A DNA stretch of 63,645 nucleotides from Clostridiales bacterium DTU024. GTDB lineage: Bacteria > Bacillota > Clostridia > Christensenellales > Aristaeellaceae. Positions within the stretch are counted from its first letter, which is position 1, and every line of letters begins with the position of its first letter. The notes below the pieces were generated by a model. The model had not been told where the DNA came from. It did not search any database and saw nothing but the letters and a program-made list of their open reading frames with translations. The translations under genes and the position numbers were made by a program. The DNA lies in the NCBI GenBank assembly GCA_001513425.1, contig LFTR01000169.1, positions 12,783-76,427 of the forward strand, in the 5' to 3' direction. This document shows, one piece after another, positions 1 through 10,129 of this stretch.

Positions 1-123
1 GCTGAAGAAGAGACTGACGTTTCAGAAGAAGCTGATGCTGAAGAAGAGACTGATGTTGCTGAAGGAACTGACACCGAAGAAGAGACCGACGCACAAGAAG
101 AGAGTGCGGGCGAACAAGAATAA
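1..123 (+). CDS. 3' end of a CDS entering from the left edge; extremely acidic E/T/D repeat tail
   Basis: Frame 1 is open from the window edge to TAA at 121-123. It translates AEEETDVSEEADAEEETDVAEGTDTEEETDAQEESAGEQE and is followed by a hairpin terminator. Confidence 0.5.
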   Translation, partial: AEEETDVSEEADAEEETDVAEGTDTEEETDAQEESAGEQE

Positions 124-138
124 GAATACCGTATTATG

Positions 139-174
139 GCAGGGAGACTGAAAAGTCTTCCTGCTATTTTGTTG
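139..174 (+). terminator. Intrinsic terminator after the acidic-tail CDS
   Basis: 10-bp stem GCAGGGAGAC / GTCTTCCTGC (one G-U pair), 6-nt loop, then TATTTTGTTG. Confidence 0.7.
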
Positions 175-184
175 TGTGATAGCG

Positions 185-218
185 CAAAAAACCGCCCGGC
201 GATTGAGCCGGACGGCGA
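185..218 (-). terminator. Intrinsic terminator after rplA
   Basis: Minus-strand RNA reads CGCCGTCCGGC-UCAAU-CGCCGGGCGG followed by UUUUUU, directly downstream of the rplA stop. Confidence 0.7.
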
Positions 219-233
219 TGTGCTTGGTGCACT

Positions 234-923
234 TTAGAACTTCAGCGGGTTCACTCGGATACTGGGACCCATCGTGCTGGAGATGTACAAGGACTTGACG
301 TAGGTGCCCTTCGCCGTGGACGGCTTGGCACGGATGACCGCGGTCATCAATGCGACCATGTTCTCCGTCAGTTTATCCTCTTCAAACGAGACTTTGCCGA
401 TCGGAACATGTGCAATGGCGGTCTTGTCTACGCGGTATTCAACTTTACCGGCTTTAATGTCGCTTATAGCCCTGGCAACATCCGTCGTAACGGTACCCGC
501 CTTGGGGTTGGGCATAAGGCCCTTGGGCCCCAGGATACGGCCGATTTTGCCGACCACTCCCATCATGTCCGGAGTGGCGACGGCAACATCAAATTCGAAC
601 CAGTTTTCGTTCTTGATCTTGTCGGCCAGATCCGCTTCGCCTACATAGTCGGCGCCGGCGGCACGCGCTTCTTCGGCTTTATCACCTTTTGCGAACACCA
701 GCACACGTACCGTTCTGCCGGTACCGTGCGGCAGAACAACCGTGCCGCGAACCTGCTGGTCAGCATGGCGGGGGTCTACGCCCAAACGGATGGATAATTC
801 AATGGTTTCGTCGAACTTCGCTTTGCCCGTCTGTTTTACCAGGCTAATGGCCTCGGCAGGGTCGTATTGCTTATTGGCGTCAATCAGCTTCAAGCTGTCG
901 GTATATTTCTTCCCGTGTTTCAT
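234..923 (-). CDS. rplA: 50S ribosomal protein L1
   Basis: 229-aa ORF MKHGKKY...[16 protein letters not shown]..., typical L1. Lies directly downstream of rplK. Confidence 0.97.
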   Translation of the reverse strand: MKHGKKYTDSLKLIDANKQYDPAEAISLVKQTGKAKFDETIELSIRLGVDPRHADQQVRGTVVLPHGTGRTVRVLVFAKGDKAEEARAAGADYVGEADLADKIKNENWFEFDVAVATPDMMGVVGKIGRILGPKGLMPNPKAGTVTTDVARAISDIKAGKVEYRVDKTAIAHVPIGKVSFEEDKLTENMVALMTAVIRAKPSTAKGTYVKSLYISSTMGPSIRVNPLKF

Positions 924-974
924 GTTGTTTCCTCCCTGTGGTAATAGCGGCGCTTACGTCCTCCCACTTTTTTC

Positions 975-1400
975 TCACTCTTCGACCGTGACGCCCATGC
1001 TGCGCGCAGTACCGGCCACCATGCGCATGGCCGACTCAACGCTTGCGGCGTTCAAATCGGGCATCTTCAAAGTGGCGATCTCACGCATTTGCTCTTTAGA
1101 AAGCTGGGCAACTTTGGTTTTGTTGGGAACGGCGCTGCCGCTTGGAATATTCAGTGCTTTTTTGATCAGCACCGGCACGGGCGGGGTTTTGGTGATGAAG
1201 GTAAACGACCGGTCCGAATACACGGTTATGACGACGGGGATAATGAGCCCCGCGTCCTTCGCGGTACGGGCGTTGAATTCCTTACAAAACCCTGGAATGT
1301 TGACGCCGTGCTGGCCCAGCGCGGGCCCAATGGGGGGCGCGGGCGTTGCTTTGGCTGCTTCAACCTGAAGTTTAATGATTGCTGAGACTTTTTTTGCCAT
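975..1400 (-). CDS. rplK: 50S ribosomal protein L11
   Basis: 141 aa, [31 protein letters not shown], the L11 signature. SD GGAGGTG lies upstream. Confidence 0.97.
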   Translation of the reverse strand: MAKKVSAIIKLQVEAAKATPAPPIGPALGQHGVNIPGFCKEFNARTAKDAGLIIPVVITVYSDRSFTFITKTPPVPVLIKKALNIPSGSAVPNKTKVAQLSKEQMREIATLKMPDLNAASVESAMRMVAGTARSMGVTVEE

Positions 1401-1477
1401 TTTGATGGCACCTCCTAATCATGAGTGGTCATGGCGGCGCCCAGTGGCGCCTCCCACCTGCCTGATAGACTTCTTGT

Positions 1478-2029
1478 CTATCCGACCTTTTCTGCCTGGG
1501 CAAGGTCAATTTCAATCTGCATTTCGCGGCCAAGGAACATCTTCACTTTGACCTGCAATTTGCCGTGCTCCAGGTCGATGGCTTCGACAAAACCGGTAAA
1601 GTTTTCCAGCGGCCCTGAAATGATACGGACTTCTTCTCCCACCACCATTTTGGTCGCCTCTGCCTGGGGCTGACTGTTGAGCATGACTTCTACTTCTGCG
1701 TCCGACAGCGGTACCGGCTTGCTTTCGGGTCCGACAAAACCGGTAACACCGCGCGTGTTGCGTACGACATACCACGATTCGCTGGTGATGATCATTTTGA
1801 CCAACACATAACCCGGAAATGTCTTGTGCTGCGTCATAATACGCTTGCCATTGCGGATTTCGGCGACTTCTTCGACCGGGACCTGAACCTCCTGGATAAG
1901 ATGCTGCATATGGTTGTTTTCCGCAGCTTTTTCCAGATTGTCCTTCACCTTGTTCTCATACCCTGAATAGGTATGAACAACGTACCAGGAAGCTTGTGCA
2001 GAAGCGGTACCATAATCCTGTTCGGGCAT
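1478..2029 (-). CDS. nusG: Transcription termination/antitermination factor NusG
   Basis: 183 aa, WYVVHTYSGYENKV N-terminal domain and a C-terminal KOW-like region. SD AAGGAG; secE-nusG-rplK synteny. Confidence 0.95.
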   Translation of the reverse strand: MPEQDYGTASAQASWYVVHTYSGYENKVKDNLEKAAENNHMQHLIQEVQVPVEEVAEIRNGKRIMTQHKTFPGYVLVKMIITSESWYVVRNTRGVTGFVGPESKPVPLSDAEVEVMLNSQPQAEATKMVVGEEVRIISGPLENFTGFVEAIDLEHGKLQVKVKMFLGREMQIEIDLAQAEKVG

Positions 2030-2039
2030 TACTTACTCC

Positions 2040-2327
2040 TTACGCGCCGACGAACAGCGCAATCAGTCTGGACGCGCCCATGTCCAGTAGACCAATAACG
2101 ATGCCCATGAATGCCATAAAGGCCATAACGAACAGCGAATACTGAACCAGATCTTTGCGGCTCGGCCACGTTACCTTCTTAAGCTCGCGCCACATGTTCT
2201 TGAAGGGCAGGACGATAAGTGAAGGCAGGCGCTTAAAAAAATTGACGAACTTTGTGAAAAAGGTAACTTTGCCTTTGGGGGCAACGGCCTTTTTGGGAGT
2301 ATTGCGCACGTTGTTCTGATCTGCCAT
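2040..2327 (-). CDS. secE: Preprotein translocase subunit SecE
   Basis: Starts at the ATG of MADQNNV (SD GAGGTG 6 nt upstream). Has the ELKKVTWPSRKD motif plus one C-terminal TM. The tracked ORF extends to 2378, but that extension overlaps rpmG. Confidence 0.9.
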   Translation of the reverse strand: MADQNNVRNTPKKAVAPKGKVTFFTKFVNFFKRLPSLIVLPFKNMWRELKKVTWPSRKDLVQYSLFVMAFMAFMGIVIGLLDMGASRLIALFVGA

Positions 2328-2332
2328 TTCAC

Positions 2333-2497
2333 TCACCTCGTTTCGCGATGGGCTGTATGTTTGCGGCAAAAGCGGCAATACTTGTTCAGCTCAACGCGGT
2401 CCGGGGTATTCTTTTTATTCTTCTTGGTGTTGTAATTGCGCTGCTTGCACTCATTGCAGGCAAGCACAATGCTGGCACGATTATCCTTAACTGCCAT
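2333..2497 (-). CDS. rpmG: 50S ribosomal protein L33 (54 aa, below the ORF-track cutoff)
   Basis: Hand translation: [54 protein letters not shown] (CxxC...CxxC zinc-ribbon L33). Classic rpmG-secE-nusG position. Its stop TGA lies inside the secE SD. Confidence 0.9.
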   Translation of the reverse strand: MAVKDNRASIVLACNECKQRNYNTKKNKKNTPDRVELNKYCRFCRKHTAHRETR

Positions 2498-2532
2498 TAG
2501 GGGAACACCTCTTTTCTAAGGTTTATTGCTTG

Positions 2533-3750
2533 TCAGTCCTCGATCATGCTGGCAACAGCGCCTGCGCCCACGGTGTGGCCGCCTTCGCGAATAGCGAAAC
2601 GCAGACCGGGCTCGATGGCGATGGGAGTGATCAGTTTGACTTCCATCTGGATGTTGTCGCCCGGCATGACCATTTCGATGCCCTCGGGCAGCTGGATGGA
2701 ACCGGTCACGTCCGTCGTACGGAAGTAGAATTGCGGACGATAGCCGTTAAAGAACGGCGTATGGCGGCCGCCTTCGTCCTTGGTCAATACGTACACTTCG
2801 CCGTAGAAGTGGACGTGCGGTTTGATGGTGCCGGGCTTGGCCAATACCTGGCCGCGCTCGATCTCAGTACGCTGTACGCCGCGCAGCAGGGCGCCGATAT
2901 TGTCGCCCGCTTCCGCCTGGTCCAGCAGTTTATGGAACATTTCCACACCGGTCACGACGACCGGGCGCGCCTTTTCCATCAGGCCGACGATTTCCACGGT
3001 GTCCGATACTTTGACGACGCCGCGCTCCACACGGCCGGTGGCGACGGTGCCGCGTCCGGTGATGGAGAATACGTCTTCAACGGGCATCAGGAAGGGCTTG
3101 TCCACCGCGCGCTCGGGCGTGGGGATATAGGTATCAACTGCTTCCATGAGTTCATAGATGCACTTGGTTTCCGGCGCGTTCTTGGGATCGGTGCCGCCGC
3201 CGACCATGTACTCCAGGGCTTTGAGAGCAGAACCTTTGATGATCGGAATATCGTCCCCCGGGAAATTGTAGCTGCTGAGCAGCTCACGGATCTCCATTTC
3301 GACCAGTTCCTGTAATTCCGGGTCGTCCATGAGGTCCGTCTTGTTCATGAAAACAACGATGTAGGGCACACCCACCTGGCGTGCCAACACGATATGTTCA
3401 CGCGTCTGGGGCATCGGGCCATCCGGCGCGGACACCAGCAGGATCGCGCCGTCCATCTGCGCGGCACCGGTGATCATGTTCTTGACATAGTCGGCATGGC
3501 CGGGGCAGTCCACGTGCGCATAGTGACGATTGATCGTTTCATACTCCACGTGCGAAGTGTTGATAGTGATTCCGCGGGCTTTCTCCTCCGGCGCCTTATC
3601 AATTTCGTCATACCTCATCGCGTGCGCCGTGCCGCCTGCTGCCAATACCATGGTGATGGCTGCGGTCAGCGTTGTCTTGCCGTGGTCTACGTGACCGATC
3701 GTTCCGACGTTTACGTGCGGTTTGATCCGCTCATACTTTGCTTTTGCCAT
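2533..3750 (-). CDS. tuf: Elongation factor Tu
   Basis: 405 aa with [18 protein letters not shown] and NKTD motifs. Confidence 0.98.
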   Translation of the reverse strand: MAKAKYERIKPHVNVGTIGHVDHGKTTLTAAITMVLAAGGTAHAMRYDEIDKAPEEKARGITINTSHVEYETINRHYAHVDCPGHADYVKNMITGAAQMDGAILLVSAPDGPMPQTREHIVLARQVGVPYIVVFMNKTDLMDDPELQELVEMEIRELLSSYNFPGDDIPIIKGSALKALEYMVGGGTDPKNAPETKCIYELMEAVDTYIPTPERAVDKPFLMPVEDVFSITGRGTVATGRVERGVVKVSDTVEIVGLMEKARPVVVTGVEMFHKLLDQAEAGDNIGALLRGVQRTEIERGQVLAKPGTIKPHVHFYGEVYVLTKDEGGRHTPFFNGYRPQFYFRTTDVTGSIQLPEGIEMVMPGDNIQMEVKLITPIAIEPGLRFAIREGGHTVGAGAVASMIED

Positions 3751-3792
3751 TTCTATTTCCCTCCCGGCCGCCGATAGCGGCCTGAATAATTA

Positions 3793-5862
3793 TTATTTTC
3801 CAAGAATTTTCTCTGCTATTGATTTGGGTACTTCTTCAAAGTGATCAAACACCATGGTGAACATGCCGCGTCCCTGGCTTTTTGACCTTAGATCCGTAGC
3901 ATAGCCAAACATATTGCTCAAAGGGACGAACGTGTTGACCAGCTGATCGTGCTGGCGGCCTTCCATGCTGTCCACACGGCCGCGGCGGGAGTTGATATCG
4001 CCGATAACGTCGCCAAGGTAATTATCGGGAACGACGACTTCCACGCGCATGACCGGCTCGAGCAGGACGGCGTTCGCATTCCTGAGTGCTTCTTTGAATG
4101 CCATTGAACCGGCGATCTTAAACGCCATTTCGGAGGAGTCAACATCGTGATAGGAACCGTCCACCAGTGTTACCTTAAAGTCCACCACCTCGTAACCGCC
4201 CAGCATTCCGGAAGCAGACGCTTCGCGGATACCCGCATCAATGGGGGAAATAAACTCCCTGGGGATGACGCCGCCAACGATCTTATTCTCAAACGAATAA
4301 CCTTCGCCAGGAGCGGTCGGTGAAATCTCGATAACGCAGTGGCCGTACTGGCCGTGGCCGCCTGTCTGGCGAACATAACGCCCCTCACCCTTGGCAGCTT
4401 TGCGGATGGTCTCTTTGAAAGCAACCTGAGGCTTACCCACGGTGGCTTCCACTTTAAACTCGCGCATCATACGGTCTACGATAATTTCCAGATGCAGTTC
4501 GCCCATACCGGCGATGATGGTCTGCCCCGTTTCCTGGTCCGTGTAAGTCTTGAATGTCGGATCTTCTTCCGCCAAACGGCTCAGGGCATAGGTCATTTTT
4601 TCCTGTCCGGCCTTTGTCTTGGGCTCAATGGCGACGCGGATAACGGGCTCGGGAAACACCATGTTTTCAAGAATGATCGGGTGGGCTTCCTCACACAGCG
4701 TGTCGCCGGTGGTGGTGTCTTTGAGGCCAACTGCCGCCGCGATGTCGCCTGTACAAACGCCATCCAGATCTTCGCGGTGGTTGGCGTGCATTTTGAGTAT
4801 GCGGCTGAAGCGTTCGCGCTTGCCTTTGGTCGAGTTATAAACGTAGTTGTTGGTGTCCATTGTACCGGAGTAAACACGGAAGAACGCCAGTTTGCCAACA
4901 AAGGGGTCCACCGCTATTTTGAAGGCCAAAGCGGAGAAGGGTTCGTCGTCCGAGGGATGACGTTCCATCCGGATGGTTTCATCCTTGGGGTCAATCCCCC
5001 TGATGGAGGGAATGTCCAAGGGCGAGGGCATGTAATCCACGATGGAGTCAAGCAGCGGCTGTACGCCTTTGTTGCGGTAGCTTGTGCCGCAAAGCACGGG
5101 CGTCATGTGGCAAGCAATCGTGGATTTGCGAATGGCCGCCTTTATTTCTTCGGAGGAAATTTCTTCGCCCGCGAAAAATTTTTCCATCAGCTTGTCATCT
5201 GTTTCCGCTACTGATTCGAGCAGCTTCGCGCGATACTCTTCAGCCAAGGGCAGCATATCTGCCGGGATATCCTCTTCGCGGATATCCTTGCCGCTGTCAT
5301 CATAGTAGACTTCAGCCTTCATGAGAATCAAGTCGACGATGCCGGTAAAATCATTCTCTTTCCCGATGGGCAGTTGTATCGGTACCGCGTTGGCGTGCAG
5401 GCGATCCTTCATCATGCGAATGGCCCTGAAGAAGTCTGCGCCCATGATGTCCATTTTGTTGACATAGGCCATGCGCGGAACCTTATAATTCTCAGCCTGC
5501 CGCCATACCATTTCACTTTGGGGTTCAACGCCGCCTTTGGCGCAGAATACGGCAACAGTGCCGTCCAGCACGCGCAAGGAACGCTCCACTTCCACCGTAA
5601 AATCCACGTGGCCGGGGGTATCGATGATGTTGATGGTGTGATTTTTCCACTGGCAAGTGGTCGCGGCGGACGTAATGGTAATGCCGCGTTCGCGCTCCTG
5701 ATCCATCCAGTCCATGGTGGCGGCGCCTTCGTGAGTTTCTCCCACGCGATGGACGCGTCCCGTATAATACAGGATGCGCTCGGTTGTGGTTGTCTTCCCC
5801 GCATCAATATGGGCCATGATGCCTATATTGCGCACCATATCCAGGGGATGGTTTCTTATCAT
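3793..5862 (-). CDS. fusA: Elongation factor G
   Basis: 689 aa with [17 protein letters not shown] and NKMD motifs. SD AAGGAGA. Confidence 0.98.
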   Translation of the reverse strand: MIRNHPLDMVRNIGIMAHIDAGKTTTTERILYYTGRVHRVGETHEGAATMDWMDQERERGITITSAATTCQWKNHTINIIDTPGHVDFTVEVERSLRVLDGTVAVFCAKGGVEPQSEMVWRQAENYKVPRMAYVNKMDIMGADFFRAIRMMKDRLHANAVPIQLPIGKENDFTGIVDLILMKAEVYYDDSGKDIREEDIPADMLPLAEEYRAKLLESVAETDDKLMEKFFAGEEISSEEIKAAIRKSTIACHMTPVLCGTSYRNKGVQPLLDSIVDYMPSPLDIPSIRGIDPKDETIRMERHPSDDEPFSALAFKIAVDPFVGKLAFFRVYSGTMDTNNYVYNSTKGKRERFSRILKMHANHREDLDGVCTGDIAAAVGLKDTTTGDTLCEEAHPIILENMVFPEPVIRVAIEPKTKAGQEKMTYALSRLAEEDPTFKTYTDQETGQTIIAGMGELHLEIIVDRMMREFKVEATVGKPQVAFKETIRKAAKGEGRYVRQTGGHGQYGHCVIEISPTAPGEGYSFENKIVGGVIPREFISPIDAGIREASASGMLGGYEVVDFKVTLVDGSYHDVDSSEMAFKIAGSMAFKEALRNANAVLLEPVMRVEVVVPDNYLGDVIGDINSRRGRVDSMEGRQHDQLVNTFVPLSNMFGYATDLRSKSQGRGMFTMVFDHFEEVPKSIAEKILGK

Positions 5863-5883
5863 GCGTGTTCTCCTTCTGAGTGC

Positions 5884-6354
5884 TTACCAGCGATAATGCG
5901 CAAAAGCCTTGTTGGCTTCGGCCATGCGGTGCATTTCTTCCTTGCGGCGCACAGCGCTGCCGGTGTTGTTGGCGGCGTCCATCAGTTCCAAGGCAAGGCG
6001 CTCAAACATGGTCTTCTCGCTGCGCTTTCTTGCAAAATCGATGATCCAGCGCAGGCCCAGTGTCTGGCGGCGCTCTTCACGAATTTCAATAGGCACTTGG
6101 TAAGTTGCACCACCGACGCGGCGGGCCTTGACTTCAAGCTGCGGCATCACGTTGTTGAGCGCTTCCTGAAATACTTCACCCGGTTCCTTGCCGGTCTTTT
6201 CCTTGATCATATCAAACGCCGTATAGCACACGCCTTGCGCAACACCGCGTTTTCCGTCCAGCATGATTTGATTGATCAGCTTGGTAACGGTTGTCGTCCC
6301 ATAAATGGGATCCGGTAATACTTCTCTCTTGGGCACAAAGCCACGACGGGGCAT
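5884..6354 (-). CDS. rpsG: 30S ribosomal protein S7
   Basis: 156 aa, MPRRG...ends AFAHYRW. SD AAGGAGG. Confidence 0.97.
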   Translation of the reverse strand: MPRRGFVPKREVLPDPIYGTTTVTKLINQIMLDGKRGVAQGVCYTAFDMIKEKTGKEPGEVFQEALNNVMPQLEVKARRVGGATYQVPIEIREERRQTLGLRWIIDFARKRSEKTMFERLALELMDAANNTGSAVRRKEEMHRMAEANKAFAHYRW

Positions 6355-6506
6355 AATGTTCCTCCTTTAATATGGATGCCGTAAACCATAAGGCCGGCGC
6401 GTCAGCAATCGCACCGCATGTGAGCCGGGTTCCTTTAAGGATTGTTACCGGCGGCCGTTCCTTGCCGCTTGGGTACCCCCAGCCGCTTAAGGCTTGAGGC
6501 GTCTTC

Positions 6507-6881
6507 CTATTTCTTCGGGCGCTTGGCGCCATAGAGTGAACGAGACTGGTTGCGCTTTGCAACGCCTGCCGTGTCAAGTGCGCCTCTGATAATGTGATAG
6601 CGAACACCGGGAAGGTCGCGTACGCGGCCGCCGCGGATAAGCACCACAGAGTGCTCCTGCAAGTTGTGACCGATGCCAGGAATGTAGCAAGTACCTTCAA
6701 TCTGGTTGGTCAAGCGAATCCTCGCAATTTTGCGCAAAGCCGAGTTCGGCTTCTTGGGCGTCGTTGTTTTGACGCTCAGGCATACGCCGCGCTTCTGCGG
6801 GCATCCTTGCAGGATGGGGGCGTCTGACTTGTTGACTACCTTTTTCCTTCCCTTGCGGATCAATTGGTTGATCGTGGGCAT
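6507..6881 (-). CDS. rpsL: 30S ribosomal protein S12
   Basis: Starts at [14 protein letters not shown] (SD AGGAGGTG upstream). The tracked ORF has a 22-codon spurious N-terminal extension to 6947. Confidence 0.96.
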   Translation of the reverse strand: MPTINQLIRKGRKKVVNKSDAPILQGCPQKRGVCLSVKTTTPKKPNSALRKIARIRLTNQIEGTCYIPGIGHNLQEHSVVLIRGGRVRDLPGVRYHIIRGALDTAGVAKRNQSRSLYGAKRPKK

Positions 6882-6966
6882 GGAAACACCTCCTGATAAT
6901 TGATCGGAGCCGCTTAAAACGGAACTCCTCCTATAAAATCCTCTCAACCCTTGAGGATATATAGTC

Positions 6967-7215
6967 TTACTTTATGCCGTCATTCAAGACGGCGCCTGCG
7001 GCAGAGGGCACAGACACCTTGAACAGTCGCCCGATATCCTGCATGGATTCTATCCAAACCAGCGGCACGCCGTTACTTATCGCGGCGGCGGCGATATCGT
7101 CGGTCAGCCTTAAGTCGGCATCACGCGCAAGAAACACCTGCCTGGCATTCCCCTGCTGCACGGATTTCAGGACCTGCCTGGATCCGACAACGCGTTTGCC
7201 TTCCAAAAGCGCCAT
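6967..7215 (-). CDS. L7Ae/L30e-family ribosome-associated protein (YbxF/RplGB-like)
   Basis: 82 aa from [11 protein letters not shown] (SD GGAGGG 5 nt upstream). L7Ae-like sequence in the position just upstream of rpsL that is typical in Firmicutes. Confidence 0.8.
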   Translation of the reverse strand: MALLEGKRVVGSRQVLKSVQQGNARQVFLARDADLRLTDDIAAAAISNGVPLVWIESMQDIGRLFKVSVPSAAGAVLNDGIK

Positions 7216-7275
7216 TGCGCCCTCCGTTCGTTGTCTGCACAGAAATACCAACCCATAGTTACAGGCAACCATAGC

Positions 7276-7305
7276 ATATTATCATAATGGCACACTTAAT
7301 GTCAA
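7276..7305 (-). promoter_or_regulatory. Sigma-A type promoter for the L7Ae-rpsL... operon
   Basis: Minus strand: TTGACA, 18-nt spacer, extended -10 TGATAATAT. Confidence 0.5.
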
Positions 7306-7314
7306 TTGATTTTC

Positions 7315-10065
7315 TTAGTTTGAAGCGGCCGCCATGGCTTGCGTCAGCCGTCCCATCGCCGCTGCCAGCGTGTTGGCGTCGGTGCCGCCCGATACGAAAC
7401 TACTCAGGGAATTGATAGCATCCAGCAGTTCCGTATAACCGGGATGATCCGCAGACAGCGCGCTCCACTGCGCACTGGCCTGTTCAAGCAGCATGATGGC
7501 ATCCGGGATAAGCAGGTTATTCATGATTTGATCCTCCTGCGCCCCCGGCGTCTGGTGAATGGGACATGTGTGCGCTGACATCATCGCGGCATCATATTGC
7601 GCGTTGCCCGTGAACAAAAGTGTGGCATAAGGGCCAAGGTAATCGGTCAGCACCGGCATATATTCGGTATTGACAAAACGCTGCATGGGGTGGCCCTGGG
7701 GCAGTACAACGATGGCTTTCGCGGCTCGCGTCTCCTGAGGGCAGTAAGGACCCGTCAACATGTTGGAGGCGGTGCATATTTCCACCATCTTGTGCATTTG
7801 GCAATAAGTTGTGGGAACAGCGTTCGCTGCCCAGAAGTCAGTCACGACACCATGGCCCAACGCATCATTGCGGCAAGCGTCGGCTGCCAATTGCCCGGAT
7901 ACGGCGCAGGTCGTTGCCCGCACCAGACCGTAATCGGCCGCGGAGCCTTCCAGTATATTGCGGTCGTTGAGGGATTTGGACTGATGGATATCTTCCATGA
8001 TCTCTTTCCACAGTTTTGCAGCGCTGTTTCCGCCGGTTGTTTTGGAGGACAATGCCTTATAGTTGTCGTGCCCGATCCACACAAAACCGGAGTACCAGCC
8101 GGTCAGACCTGCGAAGCACACACCCTTTTGGTCGCTGTTGGTGCCGGTTTTGCCCGCCACGGTTTGTCCTTTGATAGCCGCGGAGCGACCTGTGCCGCCG
8201 GATACGACGTCTTTGAGAATATCGATGGTGAGCCACGCGGTGGCGGGCGAAAACACTTGCCTTCTTGTCTGGTTGGCATGACCGTCGTAGAGAACATTGT
8301 CATTTCTGTCCATGATACCGATGAATGTGAGCGGCTCCTGATAGATGCCGCCGTTGCCAAGGACGCCAAAGGCGACAGACATTTCAATCGCGGAAAGGCC
8401 GCTGGCACCCAACGCCACGCCAAAGGGTGTTGCGCTGATATTGTCTTTATCGGCGCCCATGCGCAGCAGGAAATCCACCGACCTGTCCACGCCCACATAC
8501 TGCGTGAGCGCCTGCGCGGTGGCTGTGTTATCACTCTTGACCAGCGCCGTGCGCAGGGTTTCGGGGCCGCGATAACTGCTGCCGCCATAATTGCGCGGCC
8601 ATGTATCCTTGCCGTCGGCACCGCGCCAGCCGCTGATGGGGACGGGGATGTTGTATACGATGGAGCCCGCGCCCGCGCCCACTTCAAACGCCGGCGCGTA
8701 AACGGCAATAGGCTTGATGGCGGAACCCACGGGCATATTCATATCACTCGCCCTGTTGAGCGTGCGCTTTTGTGTGGGCGGCGTTCTGGAGCCTACGATG
8801 GCTTTAAGTTCGCCCGTCCGGTAATCCAGCACCACCGCGGTCGCCTGGGGCTGCACGATCTCCTGGTAAGTACCGTCCTTGTTGCGGGCACGGTAAATAT
8901 TGTCGCCGGGATCACGCAGTGCAGGATAATCGTTATAAGTGTACAGCGTTTGCTCGGTGAGCTTTTGTATTTCGGGATCCAGCGCCAGATACACCTTGTA
9001 ACCGCCCGTGCGCAGGCGCTTCTCCATCAGGTTGCGGTTGGCAGATGTGTTTTCCAGAGAATTTATTTTAAGCAGCGTCCGCACGACATCCTGCACGGCG
9101 TACTCCACGTAGTGCACATAAGGGTACAATTCCTTGCTTTCGGGGGATTCGCGCAGCACATTGGCCGTTTCGGCCTTGAGGGCCTCGGTATACTGCTGAT
9201 GGGTGATAAACTGGTTCTCGTACATCATGCGCAAAGAGTAGTTGGTGCGATTGTTGGTGATGGCCGTGTAGTCCGTCGTCTGGGATGTACGCAAGTAGAA
9301 ATTGCGGCGGCAATTGTAATAGTAAGGGTTGGTGGTCATCCCGGCCAGCATGGCGCATTCGCGAAGCGTCAGCTGGTTCAGCTCCTTGCCAAAATAACCG
9401 TTGGCCGCCACCTTGACGCCATAGTAATTCTCCCCCAGAAAAATGGTATTGAGATAGCTTTCGAGGATCTCTTCTTTTGTATAGCGCGTCTCCAACTGGA
9501 TGGCCAAGTACGCTTCCTGTATTTTGCGCTTGTAGCTCATCTCGTTGGAAAGCAGCGTGTTTTTTATGAGTTGTTGGGTGATGGTGGAGCCGCCCTGCTG
9601 GCTGCCGGAAATAAAATTCTTGATGAACGCGCCCACGATACGCTTAACATCCACGCCGTTGTGCGCGTAGAACCGCGCATCCTCCACCGCTACAAAAGCA
9701 TCGCGTAGGATCTTGGGCATCGTGTCAATACTGACCATGATGCGGTTTTCGGTACCTTTGAAATCGGTAATGTAGTTGCCGTCCCGGTCATAGAAAAAGG
9801 ACGTTTCCGCCTGTTCATCGATCTTTGCCAGATCGAGCACCGGGGCAGTCTCCACATAGGCTTTGGCAATGCCAACCAATGCCCCGGCCCCGGCCAACCC
9901 CAGAATCAACACCAGGATGACCAGCATATTGACGGCATTGATTATAACCCCTAAAACAAAAGACGGCTTGCGCGTACGTTCCTTAAAAAATCGACGGCGG
10001 GGTTTTGAATCGTCTATTGATTCGAGATGGTTGAGTTCTTGAAGATTGGGTTTAAAATACTGCAT
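7315..10065 (-). CDS. Class A penicillin-binding protein (bifunctional glycosyltransferase/transpeptidase) with a Cys-rich C-terminal extension
   Basis: 916 aa with an N-terminal TM. GT51 motifs VAVEDARFYAHNGVD and GSTITQQL. Transpeptidase motifs SAIKP (SxxK), KSDN (SxN) and KTGT. Confidence 0.93.
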   Translation of the reverse strand: MQYFKPNLQELNHLESIDDSKPRRRFFKERTRKPSFVLGVIINAVNMLVILVLILGLAGAGALVGIAKAYVETAPVLDLAKIDEQAETSFFYDRDGNYITDFKGTENRIMVSIDTMPKILRDAFVAVEDARFYAHNGVDVKRIVGAFIKNFISGSQQGGSTITQQLIKNTLLSNEMSYKRKIQEAYLAIQLETRYTKEEILESYLNTIFLGENYYGVKVAANGYFGKELNQLTLRECAMLAGMTTNPYYYNCRRNFYLRTSQTTDYTAITNNRTNYSLRMMYENQFITHQQYTEALKAETANVLRESPESKELYPYVHYVEYAVQDVVRTLLKINSLENTSANRNLMEKRLRTGGYKVYLALDPEIQKLTEQTLYTYNDYPALRDPGDNIYRARNKDGTYQEIVQPQATAVVLDYRTGELKAIVGSRTPPTQKRTLNRASDMNMPVGSAIKPIAVYAPAFEVGAGAGSIVYNIPVPISGWRGADGKDTWPRNYGGSSYRGPETLRTALVKSDNTATAQALTQYVGVDRSVDFLLRMGADKDNISATPFGVALGASGLSAIEMSVAFGVLGNGGIYQEPLTFIGIMDRNDNVLYDGHANQTRRQVFSPATAWLTIDILKDVVSGGTGRSAAIKGQTVAGKTGTNSDQKGVCFAGLTGWYSGFVWIGHDNYKALSSKTTGGNSAAKLWKEIMEDIHQSKSLNDRNILEGSAADYGLVRATTCAVSGQLAADACRNDALGHGVVTDFWAANAVPTTYCQMHKMVEICTASNMLTGPYCPQETRAAKAIVVLPQGHPMQRFVNTEYMPVLTDYLGPYATLLFTGNAQYDAAMMSAHTCPIHQTPGAQEDQIMNNLLIPDAIMLLEQASAQWSALSADHPGYTELLDAINSLSSFVSGGTDANTLAAAMGRLTQAMAAASN

Positions 10066-10094
10066 TCATCCTCCATGAGCATTCGCTCAAAGCG

Positions 10095-10122
10095 ATTATA
10101 CCATAGGATGGTGCCGGCGCAA
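10095..10122 (-). promoter_or_regulatory. Candidate promoter of the PBP gene
   Basis: Minus strand: TTGCGC, 16-nt spacer, TGgTATAAT (extended -10). Confidence 0.45.
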
Positions 10123-10129
10123 GACCGCA

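Noticed and set aside
2328-2378. N-terminal extensions in the supplied ORF track. Affected ORFs: secE to 2378, rpsL to 6947, L7Ae to 7272, the glycosidase to 10984, pdp to 23913, PHP from 23975, 41252, 47505, 58146, 58186, 58848 and 59410.
   Set aside because: In each case an internal ATG, GTG or TTG with a well-spaced GGAGG-type SD matches the conserved protein N-terminus. The extension overlaps an upstream gene, promoter or terminator.
6212-6700. A 162-aa ORF spanning the rpsL-rpsG spacer, and a tRNA-like impression (GGTACCCAAGCGGCAAGG resembles a class II tRNA D-loop).
   Set aside because: The ORF overlaps both ribosomal protein genes out of frame. I could not fold an acceptor stem, anticodon arm or T-loop (no GTTCGA-type sequence), so it is not a tRNA.
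7597-9708. A 703-aa open frame on the plus strand, antisense to the PBP gene.
   Set aside because: The product is Arg/Gly/His/Ala-rich low complexity, with no SD and no motifs. Long antisense open frames are expected in GC-rich genes with strong codon periodicity. The minus-strand frame carries the complete set of PBP motifs.
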